A DNA stretch of 64,000 nucleotides, taken from the NCBI GenBank assembly GCA_964270895.1, contig OZ185443.1; one strand, written 5' to 3'. Below, piece by piece: positions 38,301 through 51,254 of the stretch; positions within the stretch are counted from its first letter, which is position 1, and each line of letters opens with the position of its first letter. The notes under the pieces are model-generated. The model ran no database searches. It was given only the letters and a program-made list of their open reading frames with translations, and was not told where the DNA came from. The position numbers were made by a program, and so were the translations under genes. Origin of the DNA: Podarcis filfolensis. Taxonomy: Eukaryota.

Positions 38301-39374
38301 CCTATTACATTTCACCAGATCCTGTTTCAAGGTACTGCAGCTGCGAAGCTCTGCAGTTTATTTATTAATACCATATATATCACACACAGCTTGTGTTTCA
38401 GCTACAAGCTGACATTTTACCACCAGAACCCAAATTCACAATGTGCAACTGGCAGCTGTCCTTTGTAAACATCTATCTAGCTATTGTTTTAAGGTAGCTG
38501 TGCAACCTGCATAAGATGCTATGTTACCAGGGAGAACAAATGCTGAAAATTCATGAAGCACACAGAGGATTAATGGAAAGAGAGGCTCTGTAACTAGCAT
38601 TAGGAATGATGAAAAGGAAGGGAAGGAAGAAATAGCAAGATGGTTGTGTAAGTTATTCTGAAAACTCTGTGTACTCCATAAAATACAACAGTAATATTAG
38701 ATACTGAAGTCCCAACTTAAACTCAGGAATATGGCAAGTTTATTTGAAAACAAAACAAAATTGAAAGATGTGAATGGCTTCGTTTTTTGGTTGTTTGTTG
38801 CAGATATTTTAGCATTTGGAATCTAACATTAAAACACTGCATAATATTAATGTGAGAGTTGTGTTACCTTCTCAGACAACACAAAGAAGCCTAAGACCCC
38901 TGCATTACAAACATACAAAATAGTCATTAAATTTTGATGACACTAACGTAATTCATCTTTCAAGAATATAAATTGCATCCCTCAGTTTTTCCAGAAAACA
39001 CACATTATTGCTTTCTTTTCCACAATGACACAACCTTTTTTCCTCCTCGGATTTATACTCCTGCATGTGCCTGTTTTAACTGTCAAGCTGTCAATTTGGG
39101 GGGCCTGTTGGCAACCAACAAAACTGTGTTGCAGTGTGTTGCAGTGTTTGTGGCCCTAGAAAACACACAGCAGCCACACAGTGGGGAATTTAAAGGTGTG
39201 CATAGTGCATGTAGAAGTAGGGCCCCCTGCAGCTAAGCCCCCCCCCCATTTATTAGTATGTATTGTTAATTGAGATGATATCTTTGGAACGGGACTTCAA
39301 ATAATGAATTGCTATTATTCTAGTATTTTAGTGTGTTGAATTGCAATTGCTCTAGCATTTTAGTTTGCTGGGGG

Positions 39375-40320
39375 GAAAGACCAGCAAGGCCAGGCTGGTA
39401 CTCAGTAATAGCCTGCTACAGGAGAGATGTGAAAGAGGAAAAATGACAGAGCCCTTGTCACATATAGCTGAAACAACTGACACCTATATCATCAACTATC
39501 AACAGCTCAGTCTGAAAAATGACACTTTCCTATCCCAGGCCTTAGGTGGTAGGACTGTTCTTGCTTATTGACAACCTCCCAACCCAAAACAGCTATTGGC
39601 CAGCAACACATGGCCAAATAACAGAGATACAGACACAAAGACTAGACACTGCAGCAAAGGCAGATGTCAACTTCTCCTCATGCCTACCCTGGCAACACTA
39701 TTACAGGACCTAATAATGTCATATACAACATATGGGGTTCGTGCATTTGCCCATCTTCCAATGAGATATAAGACATTATCTGCCAGCAATGGCTTTCTAC
39801 ATAGGGCAAACCGGCCAATCTCCATGCAAAAGAATAAATGGACACCAATCAGACATCAGAAATGGCAATATTCAAAAAGCAGTGAGGGAACATTTCTGTC
39901 TCCCTGGCCACTCTGTGGCTGACCTTAAGGTGGCTATACTGGAACACAGGAGCCTCAAAAGGAGCCTGAAATATGTTGAATTACATCAAGAAGTTCAATG
40001 CTATCACTTACAAAACAAATCAAGACAAAGGGTTTTATCTCACTCTGTATTTGTTTATTGACTTATCAATGCCAGGATGTCTGTGTTATCAACAACTCTA
40101 TTGTGAATGACCACTGCCTCTACTTTTGCTGCATTTTGTTTGCCTCTGGCCTTACTGTTAGTAATTTCAACCATGTGTCTGCAATATATAAGCCTGCAAT
40201 TCAGGATAACACTTCATGCATCTCATGAGATGGCCTGCAGTCTACAAAAGGTTCTGCTGTTATTCTTTAACATGACACAAGACTCTTTGTTGTTTATGCT
40301 GCAATAGAAGAACAGGGCTA
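39375..40320 (+). mobile_element. Decayed Penelope-like element, 3' part with GIY-YIG endonuclease and terminal repeat
   Basis: FYIGQTGQSPCKRINGHQSDIRN...AVREHFCLPGHSVADLKVAILE (GIY-YIG). Upstream broken frames give LAY*QPPN and TITGPNN; the PLE-type terminal sequence follows at ~40215-40320. Confidence 0.85.
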
Positions 40321-40710
40321 CAAGAAGGCTGATTGCCGAAGAATGGATGCTTTTGAATTACGGTGCTGGAGGAGACTCTTGAGAGTCCCATGGACTGCAA
40401 AAATTTCAAACCTATCCATTCTGAAGGAAATCAGCCCTGAGTGCTCACTGGAAGGACAGATCGTGAAGCTGAGGCTCCAATACTTTGGCCACCTCATGAG
40501 AAGAGAAGACTCCCTGGAAAAGTCCCTGATGTTGGGAAAGATGGAGGACACAAGGAGAAGGGGACGACAGAGGACAAGATGGTTGGACAGTGTTGTCGAA
40601 GCTACCAGCATGAGTTTGACCAAACTGCAGGAGGCAGTGGAAGACAGGAGTGCCTGGTGTGCTCTGGTTCATGGGGTCACGAAGAGTCGGACACGACTAA
40701 ACAACAACAA
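40316..40710 (+). mobile_element. RTE-BovB LINE, 5'-truncated 3' fragment
   Basis: MDAFELRCWRRLLRVPWTA...LQYFGHLMRREDSLEK...GVTKSRTRLN; ends GAGTCGGACACGACTAAACAACAAC. Confidence 0.92.
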
Positions 40711-41386
40711 TTTAAAAATGATTTATTTCTTTTCTAATTGGCAAGTATTTTAGGGTGAAAAGATCCTCTCCTTAGGAAAAAAAAGCATTGTTTCTACTCT
40801 TTTCCTCCAACATCTTTTTAACTGCCTAGCAAAAGAAAGGAAACAGGCAGGCCACAAAAATGCTGAGCCAGCTTATATGTGGCAATTATAGTTTGCATTG
40901 GCAAGGCAAGCATCTATTTGATAATCCTTTCTACTAACCACTGTGTCCTTGTGCATATATCCCATCAGAGAGCTATGGAAGGAATATGATCTAAGAAGAA
41001 AGACGCCACCAGATGCCTTATTCCATATTTATATTTATTTGCACACTACCATTTCGTTAAAAATAAAACACAGAGGAAACTAGTGTGATGGTGGGCAACT
41101 GATTTTGAGAATTCTTTTTGCTCTCTTCCTCACCACGTACATTAATCTGTCACATCCCATAAGATATTCAAATAAGCTTCTCTTTTGCCCCAAAGAAACT
41201 AAGCACATCTCAAATCATTCTTTTCACCAGCACAAACATCTCAACAAAGAGTATCGTGACATCTTTCAGAACTAACAAATTAGTCAACGAAAGCTGAGTC
41301 CAGCTCAATAGCTGAATGAAATGACATCCTTAGTTTACAAGTATATGTGCATGATATGTTGGAAGTGGATTATAAACTGTGATCAA

Positions 41387-41390
<4 letters not shown>

Positions 41391-41430
<40 letters not shown>
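41391..41430. repeat. (CA)20 microsatellite
   Basis: Pure CA run. Confidence 0.97.
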
Positions 41431-41432
<2 letters not shown>

Positions 41433-41440
41433 TAACAACA

Positions 41441-41545
41441 TGCCTCTGATGAAGTGGACTCTAGTCCACAGAAGCAAATGCCATAATTAATTTACAAAAA
41501 GGTGCCACAAGATTCTTCATTGTTGTTTTTCCTGCAACAAATTAA
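41441..41545 (+). mobile_element. Isolated Penelope terminal-repeat fragment with hammerhead-ribozyme-like core
   Basis: CTGATGA-A-GTGGAC-TCTA-GTCCAC-AGAAGC followed by AAGGTGCCACAAGATTC, similar to the repeat at 40215-40320. Confidence 0.7.
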
Positions 41546-43301
41546 CACTCTGGGAATGTCTATCTTCATAGTGGGGCTGCCTTTGAAAAATTTCAGTTAG
41601 TCTAAATACAGCAGGGACCAGCCAAAGGGAATATATCTGCCATTTCTGAAACAACTGCATTGGCTGCTGGCCCATTTCCAAATTCAATTCAAAGTACTTG
41701 TGCTTATCTTAGCTCTCAATGGCTTCATGTCAAAGGACCTAGAGGGGCACCTTCTCTTACATTAGAGGTGACAAATCTTCTTAAGCTTGAGGGCCATATT
41801 CCCTTCTGGGCCACCTTCTGAGGGTCGTGTGCCAGCAGTAGGCAGGGCTAGAGGCAAAGGCGGGCCAAGCAATGAATATAACTTTTATCATTGTACAGTA
41901 GGCTATTTTCTGCACACGCTCACACAGTCTGTCTTTCATCCAGGAAAGCAAGAGGCCTAATGGGAGTTCAGTGGCACATTTCTGCCAGTCAAAAACACTC
42001 ACAGTAATTGGTTCTCCAGTTCTGATGTAAAACCTTAGAGCACACTTGGCCAGACTGTGACTTGTCATATCCTACCACAGTGAAAGAGCAGGAAAAAGGA
42101 GTTGAAAGCAAATTCTTACAAAGTGTGCTTAGGAAGGGCATACTAACAGTTCCACTGTTATTTGTACATGGGAATGGATGGCAGGCAAGTGCTATTTTTA
42201 GTAAAGACTGTAGTGTTTTATCTCCTTGTGTAAAAATCCATCACACCAAAAAAGCATTCATTAACTGCTGTGGCATGGGAAACAAAATTATTAGTGGGTG
42301 AAGAAATGCATGTGCCTGATAAATTTTATCCCTTTCAAACTGCACGGAAACAGATGAATAAACATTACTGTATACATAGTCAGTCACTTAGATACCACTA
42401 TTTGTACCACTTAATCCTAACACACCCTCTGTACATTTTCAGGCATGCCAAAGAGAATTCTGATACATTGTCTAATGAAATAAACACTAGAGCCATGGAT
42501 TGATCCAAGGCCCTCTGTCCCAATGTATACTTCCTGCCTTGAATTCCCAAACAAAGATGCACTTTGTGTTTCCCAGCCTGGCTCCCCTGATTGAAACAAA
42601 CTCATTTATAAGTCTAAATATTCTGTCAAATCAGTTTGTGCAAAGATTTATTGGGGTGTCGAGTTAAGCCACTCCAGGGCAAGCCTGGAAGGGCAAGGCA
42701 AAACATAAATCTTGAGCGCTGTCCCAGTTTCATAAGAGCCAGCAATGCAGAGAAGTTTTTCGCGTACATGTTGTCTGGGGCTTCTGCATGTATAGGGCAA
42801 TTGATTTTATTTCACAAATTAAGATGATTATTTCTATTAATCACTACGTATCACCTAGCAGTCAGAGGCATGTGTTCCTGGGGCCTGAGAGTACTCCTTG
42901 TCAAGGGCGAAGAAAAAAAACGCAGGATGAATGACAGACAAACTGGGCAGTCGGCCAAGAATTGCAAGAACAGCCCAGTAGTGTGGACAAGAAGTGGTTA
43001 GCTCTCCTCTTGACACAGAAATGCCTTCGAAAGCCCACTGAGTGTGTGGTGACATAATAAAGAGTCGCGCTTTGTGCGCTTGCCATGCTGCTTGAAAAGC
43101 TGGAACTGAATAAGTCATTCCCCCTTTTCACTCACCCAAATTCAAAGGAAATCATATTGCCCTGTTTAGCTTTCCTTGAAACTATTACAGCTTAAGTAAT
43201 TGTTAAACTCATTTGCTGACCTTTTAAGATAGGGATAGCAACTTTTTTGACGAAGGAGAACTGAGGGCTGCAGTGACAGGCACACCTCCAAGAGCCAAAT
43301 A

Positions 43302-43519
43302 CAGAGGTACCTCGGGTTAAGGACTTAATTTGTTCTGGAGGTCCATTCTTAACCTGAAACTGTTCTTAACCTGAAGCACCACTTTAGCTAATGGGGCTTC
43401 CCGCTGCTGCCGCTGCGCGATTTCTGTTCTCACCCTGAAGGAAAGTTCTTAATCCGAGGTACTATTTCTGGGTTAGCGGAGTCTGTAACCTGAAGCGTCT
43501 GTAACCTGAGGTACCACTG
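43302..43519. mobile_element. Tigger/pogo-like MITE (opposite orientation to 27891)
   Basis: TA|CAGAGGTACCTCGGGTTA...GAGGTACCACTG|TA. Confidence 0.88.
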
Positions 43520-43616
43520 TACCAATGTGGGTGTGACTATTTACACAAATCCCCCTCCCCAAATTTACACACGTGCAACCACATATGCAGGCACACAACA
43601 CACTCACTCTCTCCAT

Positions 43617-43905
43617 TCCTATCTGCAATATACATTTGAAGCAGTATCATACCACTTGAAACAGTCATGGCTTGCTCCCCCCGCAAAGCATCCTGGGAAG
43701 TGTACTTTAAGTGTGCTGAGAGCTGTTGTGATACCCTTATTCTACCTGAAGAGCTACAGTTTCCAGTGTTCCTTTGGAAGAGGGATTGACGGTAAAACCA
43801 CTTAAGAGAATCAGCAGCCTTAACAAACTACAGTTCCCAGGATTCTCTGGGAGGAGCCATGACAGTTTTATGATGCTGCTTTAAATAAATAGTGCAGATG
43901 AGGCC
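43617..43905. mobile_element. Palindromic MITE (CTGGGAACTGTAGTTT family); decayed relatives near 1482-1640, 18937-19106, 36775-37075 and 55822-55958
   Basis: Inverted ends ATCTGCAATATACATTT / AAATAGTGCAGAT; shared core AAACTACAGTTCCCAGGATTCT across copies. Confidence 0.7.
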
Positions 43906-44269
43906 TGGTTCTCTCATTCTCACAGTTGTACAAACACACAACACACTTACTCACACTCTCAAGGCATGATGAGAGCAGCTACACCTAGGAATGGAAATAC
44001 AGGACGAATCCTAGCCTGTCGAAACCTTAGGGGTGTGGAGAAAGAGAAACTGATCTCATAGTTACAGTTCAGGTGACTTTCTTCAGCCTTCAATCCATAG
44101 TGGAGATATGTGTTTGTAAAAGCTAGTACAAAACCAGGAAATGATAGTGATTCTGGACTGATTTCAGAGTGATCTTGTGTCAAGTCAATTTTCCCATTCT
44201 TTCAGTGATGATTAAGGTGGGAGTAGGGATCTGTATAAGTAAATCAACTCAGACACTCCAAGCAAGTAC

Positions 44270-44518
44270 CAGGGGTCAGCAAACTTTTTCAGCAGGGGGC
44301 CGGTCCACTGTCCCTCAGACCTTGTGGGGGGCCAGAGTATATTTTTGGGAAAAAATGAACGAATTCCTATGCCCCACAAATAACCCAGAGATGCATTTTA
44401 AATAAAAGCACACATTCTACTCATGAAAAAACATGCTGATTCCCGGACCATCCGCAGGCCAGATTTAGAAGGTGATTGGGCCAGATCTGGCCCCCAGGCC
44501 TTAGTTTGTCTACCCATG
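44270..44518. mobile_element. hAT/Charlie-like MITE
   Basis: CAGGGGTCAGCAAACT...AGTTTGTCTACCCATG termini. Confidence 0.75.
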
Positions 44519-46038
44519 AAGTAGACACTTCACATTTTACAGCATACTAGCAAATGTGGATTCTGAAGGCAATTTTCATCTTCTAGACCTCCTAGGTCGC
44601 TGCCCTCAGCTTTTTGACTTGTTCTAATCTTGAGTGGTGACCCAGTCCCAGCTGACAGTGGTCTGTATTTCTCTTGTAAGTCTACATTTGATGTGGTTTG
44701 CGGTGCTACACAAAAAATAAAATAAAAAAATGGTTTTGTGTGCGGTGATGAATGAGTATGACCAACTCACCCAGGGCAGAGAGCCAACATACACATCCAT
44801 TTCAAGTGGCTTTCCAGTGGTCACCATTCACAAGATGTCCTTGTGAACTTGGTCTCAGTAGCTTGCAGTTTTTTCCTAAGGGTAATTTTACCAAGTCGTG
44901 AAATTGGTGCTGCATGGGATCTGCATGCCTCGATGTGCCTCAGGGTGTTATATATGAATGGTTTTTGCTTCCCTACTAACTGAACACAGGACAGAATGGG
45001 GAGGAGGATCCCCGTGTGAATTTTACACTTTACACCTGAATAACCCGGGCCTCAGAACTTTAGTCTTACAGACAGTGTGTCATTCCCTTCGGAAAAGTCT
45101 GGTGATTTTTCTTTAAGCCTGCATTAAACTTTCTGCAGCTAGCATTACCTTCAGTCATTAAAATCTGTTTTAGCCATCTGCCAGGCTGATACAAACGCTT
45201 GGCAAGCACCTTTTCATAGGATACGTTAAGAATAAAATACTGGAATTTTATACATTTGGGAATCATATAGTTTACAACTTTATGTTTAACTAAATGAGAT
45301 GTATCACTGTTTAATAATATATGGATTTCAGAGGCATGCATATTACCATTCAAGGTGGGGGAGAAGCCAGGTTGCAGTTTAAGGGCAGAAATGTCACCAA
45401 CAGTAAATTTATAAATGAGCAATTAGGTTTATAGGTGTCACTTCATACTATTGGTGCATTCAGTGGTGCCTGTTAGATTGAGACCAGAAAGGAATTTATT
45501 TTAGATTAATCTTATCAAGCTAGGTAGCTGTCAAAACCATTAGAAATGTTCCTTTTGTGTATGTATATCACTGGACTCGGTTGATAGACTATAGAGTCCA
45601 CATTACACAAGATGTGAATCATCAGAACCTCTCTCTGAGTCCCTACCCCTCATCTTCTTACTGTAACACCTCTATAAAGAACCTTTCTCCTCTGTTATTT
45701 CCATTACACACTTCTGAAGTGCTTCCTAAAGATTTACAATAATGGATGTGAAAAGAAACAGATGAAACAGATTGACCAGGATGACCTTTCTAGTGTTTAA
45801 CAGAGATACTTTTTCAAAATGGTTTCTTGCATATTTACAGGCTTTTCCTTTTAAAGAAGCCTTCTCTTTCCATGCAGTTTTTGACTCTGCCTTCCATAGT
45901 CTGGGATATCAACAAAAAGTCCACCGAGTGACATGGATATTCCTGCTTTTCCAAAACACCTTCTGTGCACGTGGGGTTCTTGTTACACCCCCTGCCTCCC
46001 CCCGAAAGACCCATTTCACAAACTGATGTGCATTATAG

Positions 46039-46202
46039 CAGAGGCGTAGCGTGGGTTGTCAGGACCCGGGGCAAGGCAAGTAATTTGCGCCCCCTAACCC
46101 TGAGTGAGCCAGGTAGGGGCAGAGAGCTGCGAGTGCGAGCGCCCCCCCAGATGTTGCGCCCAGTGCGGCCGGCCGCCCTGCACCTCCCACGCTATGCCAC
46201 TG
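46039..46202. mobile_element. hAT MITE, GC-rich
   Basis: TIRs CAGAGGCGTAGCGTGGG / CCCACGCTATGCCACTG; perfect 8-bp TSD CATTATAG. Confidence 0.9.
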
Positions 46203-46654
46203 CATTATAGCAAGAGGCTGGGGTGGTTTGTACTGCAAAATCTGATCTGCAAGCACACATACACAGTTTGGTGAACAGAATTCATTTCAGCAGATTCTAT
46301 CTCCACTCACAAGCACTCACACTGGAGAAAGGAGGCAGACTATTTTCATTGATTCCTTCTTTCATTTGCACAACTGTAGCTTCTGAAAAACTGTTCCAGA
46401 AATTTGAGGAACCTTCTGGAACAATTAGAGAGATGATGCAGGGATCTGTAGGTAGAAGGGGGAATTGGCCAAAATCAGCTCTCCTTTCCAACTGTCCCAT
46501 CCACAAATGGAAGAAGCCCTTTCCTTTGCAGAAGGGACACTCTGAATACAATCCAGTGTCATCGCCCCCCTCCTTAATGTTGAACATTAGACTTTGCTCA
46601 CAAACATCTAGATCTAGCTCTAGATGTATGCAGTGATGCATGATCACTTGCGCT

Positions 46655-47250
46655 GATTTATTTTATTTATGGAAAATACTGCTAACTCATAACAAAAAAA
46701 ATACCAAAGTGGTTCACAACAACTATACAAAGAACCATACAATAAAAACCATATAAAAAGGTTACAATAAAAACCATATTTTAAAAAGTTTAAATAAGAA
46801 ATCAGGTAATCGTTCTGGAAAGAGGTATTCTGAACTGCTCACATAAACCTGACAGAACAGAAAGGTTTTCAGCAGTTGAAACAGAAGAAGCCTACTGAAT
46901 TTCTATTGGCAGAGTATTATACCACAGGGCTGGATTGATGACATTAAAGCTCTATTACTTGCTGCTGTCAAATGAGCCTCAAGCAATAGCCAGTGAGTGA
47001 CATTTCTACAGATGATCTCAGTGACTGAGCTGAGATACAAGGATTTTGGCAGTTCCTGAGATACCCTGGACCTAAGCTATTCAGGGCTTTGCAAATTAAT
47101 GCAAGGGCCTTGAACCTGGCCTGGCTGTAGCAGCCAATGCAGATGCTTTAACAATGGGGTCATGTGTTGTTATTCAGAAGCCCCCATCAGCAACTGCAGG
47201 GACATTCCATGGAGAGCGATGCAGTGCTGATAGAACCAGGCACTTCAATG
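46655..47250 (-). mobile_element. Decayed L2-type LINE 3' fragment
   Basis: TTTTATTTTATTTAT tail, then ...TTCAGGGCTTTGCAAATTAATGCAAGGGCCTTGAACCTGGCC...GCAGCCAATGCAG; family assigned by pattern recognition. Confidence 0.5.
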
Positions 47251-48355
47251 TACCTTTTATACATCCTGAAAAGTCTTCAACCTGTGTTCTTCACCACTAC
47301 TTTCCTTGTGTGAAATCTGTACACCCAGCAGTCAATCGTTGTTGTTTTCTCTAAAGAAGCAAATCCAATAGAACTGGAAAAGCCAGTTCTAAAAATAGAA
47401 CTAAGAAAAGGGTGTGACAAGTGCCAAAGCCAATAGAACAATAGCCACATCATAAATCAAGAAAAGCCATTTACAGATTATTCACATTTTCAACTGCATT
47501 TTGAAAAATAATAGGAAAATATATATATATTTGTTCTGTTTTCCAGATATTGGTAGTAGCCTGGTTTGTCATTAACACCCCCAACCCCCATACCTACCAA
47601 ATGAACAGAGTGGCCAGCAATTATCCCAGATAGCAACTGGTAGCAATGGGGTGCAGCACAAATTAACATCATATTTCAACACCTCTCCTACTTAGAATGA
47701 CACTATCAAATACAGAGGGGAAGCCTTTTGGCAAAATGCTTGCAAATAGTCACTGAGTTACATTAGAACTCTAATGTAAACATTTAGGGGGAAGATGTAA
47801 GGAATTCCATTTCCTCTGCAAGCACTGGGTTTCTAAACAGATGTAAAAATAGCCCCAACAAAGAAAATTCAGTGTCCCCCCCCCAACCCAGTAATAATCA
47901 GAATCCCTAGCAAAGGCCAGATATCATTGCAAGATGCAGAATGAGGCAGCTGAGTTTGCAGGATAAGTCTTTGCTGGTTACTTTGTTATTGTTTTCACAA
48001 CTGAAACACTATCTGCAAAATGCCAACACCTCTCTTCTCTACGCCTCTTACAGTAGAGGCAGAGGGTAGCTAGAGTGGCTTAGGCCTGTATTTTCAACCT
48101 TGGAATAAAAGGAAGGCCGCTTCCTTGATTCAAGGCTATCTCTGGGAAAGGCATCCAGACTTCCAAAGCCGTTTTGGACTTTGCAGATGAATCATTTTGG
48201 GGGCTAACAGAAGGAAGAGAGAGAGGAAAAGAGGTTTCAAAAGTAGTCTAACCTCAGAGGACTGAAAAGCTCCTGTCAAAGACCACATGAGGACAGTGAG
48301 GAGTAAATACCTAAACCAGGTTTCTTCAACCTCTTCAAACCAAGGAGCCCCTGTT

Positions 48356-48803
48356 ATAATAATAATGTTTATTATTATTATTTATACCCAGCTGGGTTTC
48401 TCCAGACACTATGGGCGGCTCTCAACAGATTAAAAACAGAATAAAACAGGCATAGGCAAACTCCAGCCCTCCAGATGTTTGGGGCTACAATTCCCATCAT
48501 CCCTGACCACTGGTCCTGTTAGCTAGGGATGATGGGAATTGTAGTCCCAAACATCTGCAGGGCCAGAGTTTGCCTATGCCTGGAATAAAACATCAAACAT
48601 TAAAAACTTCCCTAAACAGGGCTGCCTTCAGATGTCTTCTAAAAGTCAGATAGTTGTTTATTTCCTTGACATCTGGTGGGAGGGCATTCCACAGGGCAGG
48701 TGCCTCCACCAAGAAGGCCCTCTGCCTGGTTCCCTCTAACTTCGTTTCTCATAGTGAGGGAACCCCCAGGATGCCCTCAGAGCTGGAATTGAGTGTCCAG
48801 GTA
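48356..48803 (-). mobile_element. L2-type LINE 3' fragment (host of the 48447 MITE)
   Basis: (TAT/ATA)n tail, then ...GGGAGGGCATTCCACAGGGCAGGTGCC...AAGGCCCTCTGCCTGG; family assigned by pattern recognition. Confidence 0.7.
48447..48582. mobile_element. Palindromic hAT MITE nested in L2
   Basis: TIRs CAGGCATAGGCAAACTC / GAGTTTGCCTATGCCTG; perfect TSD GAATAAAA. Confidence 0.92.
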
Positions 48804-51254
48804 GAAGCACACATGCATTTGGGCACCCATTTCTTATTTTGTTTTACCACATATATGTATAGTACTAGAACTCCTGTTGTGATCCAGCATGAATCTGTCT
48901 ACAACCCATTGGTGGATCTCAAGCCACCAATGATCTTAAGCACTAAACCACCAATCAGTGGGGGCAGGGAGAGGGAGAGAGAGAGGGAGGGAAGGAGGGG
49001 AAGGGAAGGGATACCCAACTCCCTTGCTAGCTTAGAAGGATTTTCTTCCATACTACCCTGTGACAACACACGCTAAGAACTTTGTAACTTTGTATGGTAC
49101 CTATTAATGGCAATAAGAATGTGCCGAAAGTTCACTTACTAAGGTAGAGGCTATAAAATTGTCCATAATAGAGCAATTAAATTATAAAGAGATATGGCTA
49201 GCATCTGAGTTAATTTATAGATTTTTATTTTAGATTCCCATCAAAATCTCCAAATCTTCAACATTACTTAATCACTCTGGAGACCATGGCAAAACAGTGA
49301 AACTGCTTAGTTCTCCTTTTTTGCATACCATTCATTTCCAGAGCAAACCTATTATGTAAAAATGACATCCTAACAGTGAAATATAATATCCACTAATGAT
49401 TTTTGCAGATATCGTCGTAGAGCAGTAACAAATTTCATCAGTGTCAACCTCTGAAGGAAAACAAGGATTGTAACCAAAGAAGAATGATGAAAAATTAATT
49501 GGTTGGATGAAGCATTTGAAGGCTGAAACAATGAAATGAGAACTAGTGAGCATGTTAAGGAGAGCATCATCCTGCGTTTCAAGTATAAACCTAGTTCAAC
49601 TTCCATATCCATTTTTTTTTTTTTTTTAAAAGACAATGCAATAGATGCCTGCCTTGGAGACTGAGATACTACAAGTTTTCTGGACACCACCCGCATTTCA
49701 AGAATGAACTCCAGGAATATCTCCACAATCCATGCCAGGCTGTGATAGGCAAAGAGGGGGGAGAGGAAGATGAAATTGGAAAAGAGCTGAGACCAGGAAA
49801 GAGAGACTAGAAGAGGCAGGTACTCCCCTCTCCCAGAAACCAGGAGATCTGGATTGGGAGGCAGGAATCTGGCCTTTTCTCTTCCTTCCCAGGAACAGGA
49901 GAACATCAGTGGAGTCAAGAGTAGGCTTCAACCAACTGCTGGAGGTGGGGGAACCAGAGTCATAAGGGGGAATAACAGCTGAGCCGCTCAGGACCAGATG
50001 ATGTTTCCACCACTGAAACAGACCCATCCTCCTCAATCTGCATACTTAACATTCCCGCAAGGCACAGCAGCCTTGCAAGTAAGCTCACTTCGCCTCACCT
50101 TTACAAGCTTGGTGGATGGGTGTGTCAACTCATTGGGAAAACTCTGTTGCTTCTGTGCTGTTCTGAACTCTTTGCCTTGTTTCTTGGACTCCTTAAACTT
50201 GGACTTTTGCTTATGGCCCAGCTAATCCCACTGTTCCTATTATTCGTTCTGAGCTTTGAGGCTGCTGTGACTCTATGTCTGTTGCTGAGCCTGTACCGTT
50301 AATCTGCCTCAGTAAATATGAATAAAGATAAATTTGGGGGAAAGAAAAAGGATTTAAAAATGTTATATATAATCATAATTATATCAAGAACTGTATGGAA
50401 ATGTTTTCAAATACTACATTAAAAAAGTTAAAATGTTTCAAGAAAAAAGTAGAATTTTTAATTTAATCAAAATAAATACTTGCATTTATTTCCTGCTCTT
50501 AGGAAGCGAATAGCCATTCAATCAGGAAATCCTCTTCCTCAGTAAGTCAATTAGAGTTTGAATAAAACTGCAGGTAAGTGGCAAATGACAAGGGCATTTG
50601 TCATCTTCATAAGATGACTGAAAAGCAAAGATTGGTTTGATTTAAATTCAGTTTGCACGTACCAATTATTAGGGATTGGTAACATTTTATTTTAACTGCT
50701 GCTAAACTAATCTTGTTTACTCTAAACTGAAATACGTATTATAAATACATATAATATTCTTTAAGCGGGAAAAGCAACCTACAAAACTCTCCCGTTTAGT
50801 GCTTAGAAATTCTTTATAAAGTTGGCTGTGACTGATGCTAACACCTTTACTACATAGCTTCACAGTAGGAGTTCTTTGCCTTGTTAGCAAAACCAGACAA
50901 AAGCCATAGAGCGAGAGAGAAAAATGAATGAAGCCATTTGTATCTTCAAAAGACTTCAGGGTAAAAAACAGCAGAGCACCTGCTGGTTTTTCTATCCTCA
51001 AGCATGCTTGACTGAAGCCTAAACCCATAATAATTTCTGATCTATAAAGTTCACAGTGGCAATTAAGAATGTTGCAAACTACTTGTGCTCGTGGGAGAAT
51101 CCCTCTGAATTCAACAGTGTTTCTAAGTTAACATCTTTTGAACCACATTCTAGGTGCTCTAAGAAGCAGAACGGATTGACTGGGAAACCAAGGAGAATAA
51201 GGAGTGATGATCTAGCAGGAAGGGGGTGTGGGACTCACCTGATCCCAATAGACA

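Noticed and set aside
44620-44960. Possible LF-SINE-like ancient element
   Set aside because: Only short scattered word matches with inconsistent spacing; needs a Dfam search.
49400-49440. LLYDDI motif resembling RT YADD
   Set aside because: Isolated, with no flanking RT motifs, and the frame is closed by stops.
49640-50330. Possible solo LTR (purine-rich, moderately GC-rich block) and overlapping 182-aa ORF
   Set aside because: I could not identify TG...CA termini or a TSD, and the ORFs show no recognisable domain.
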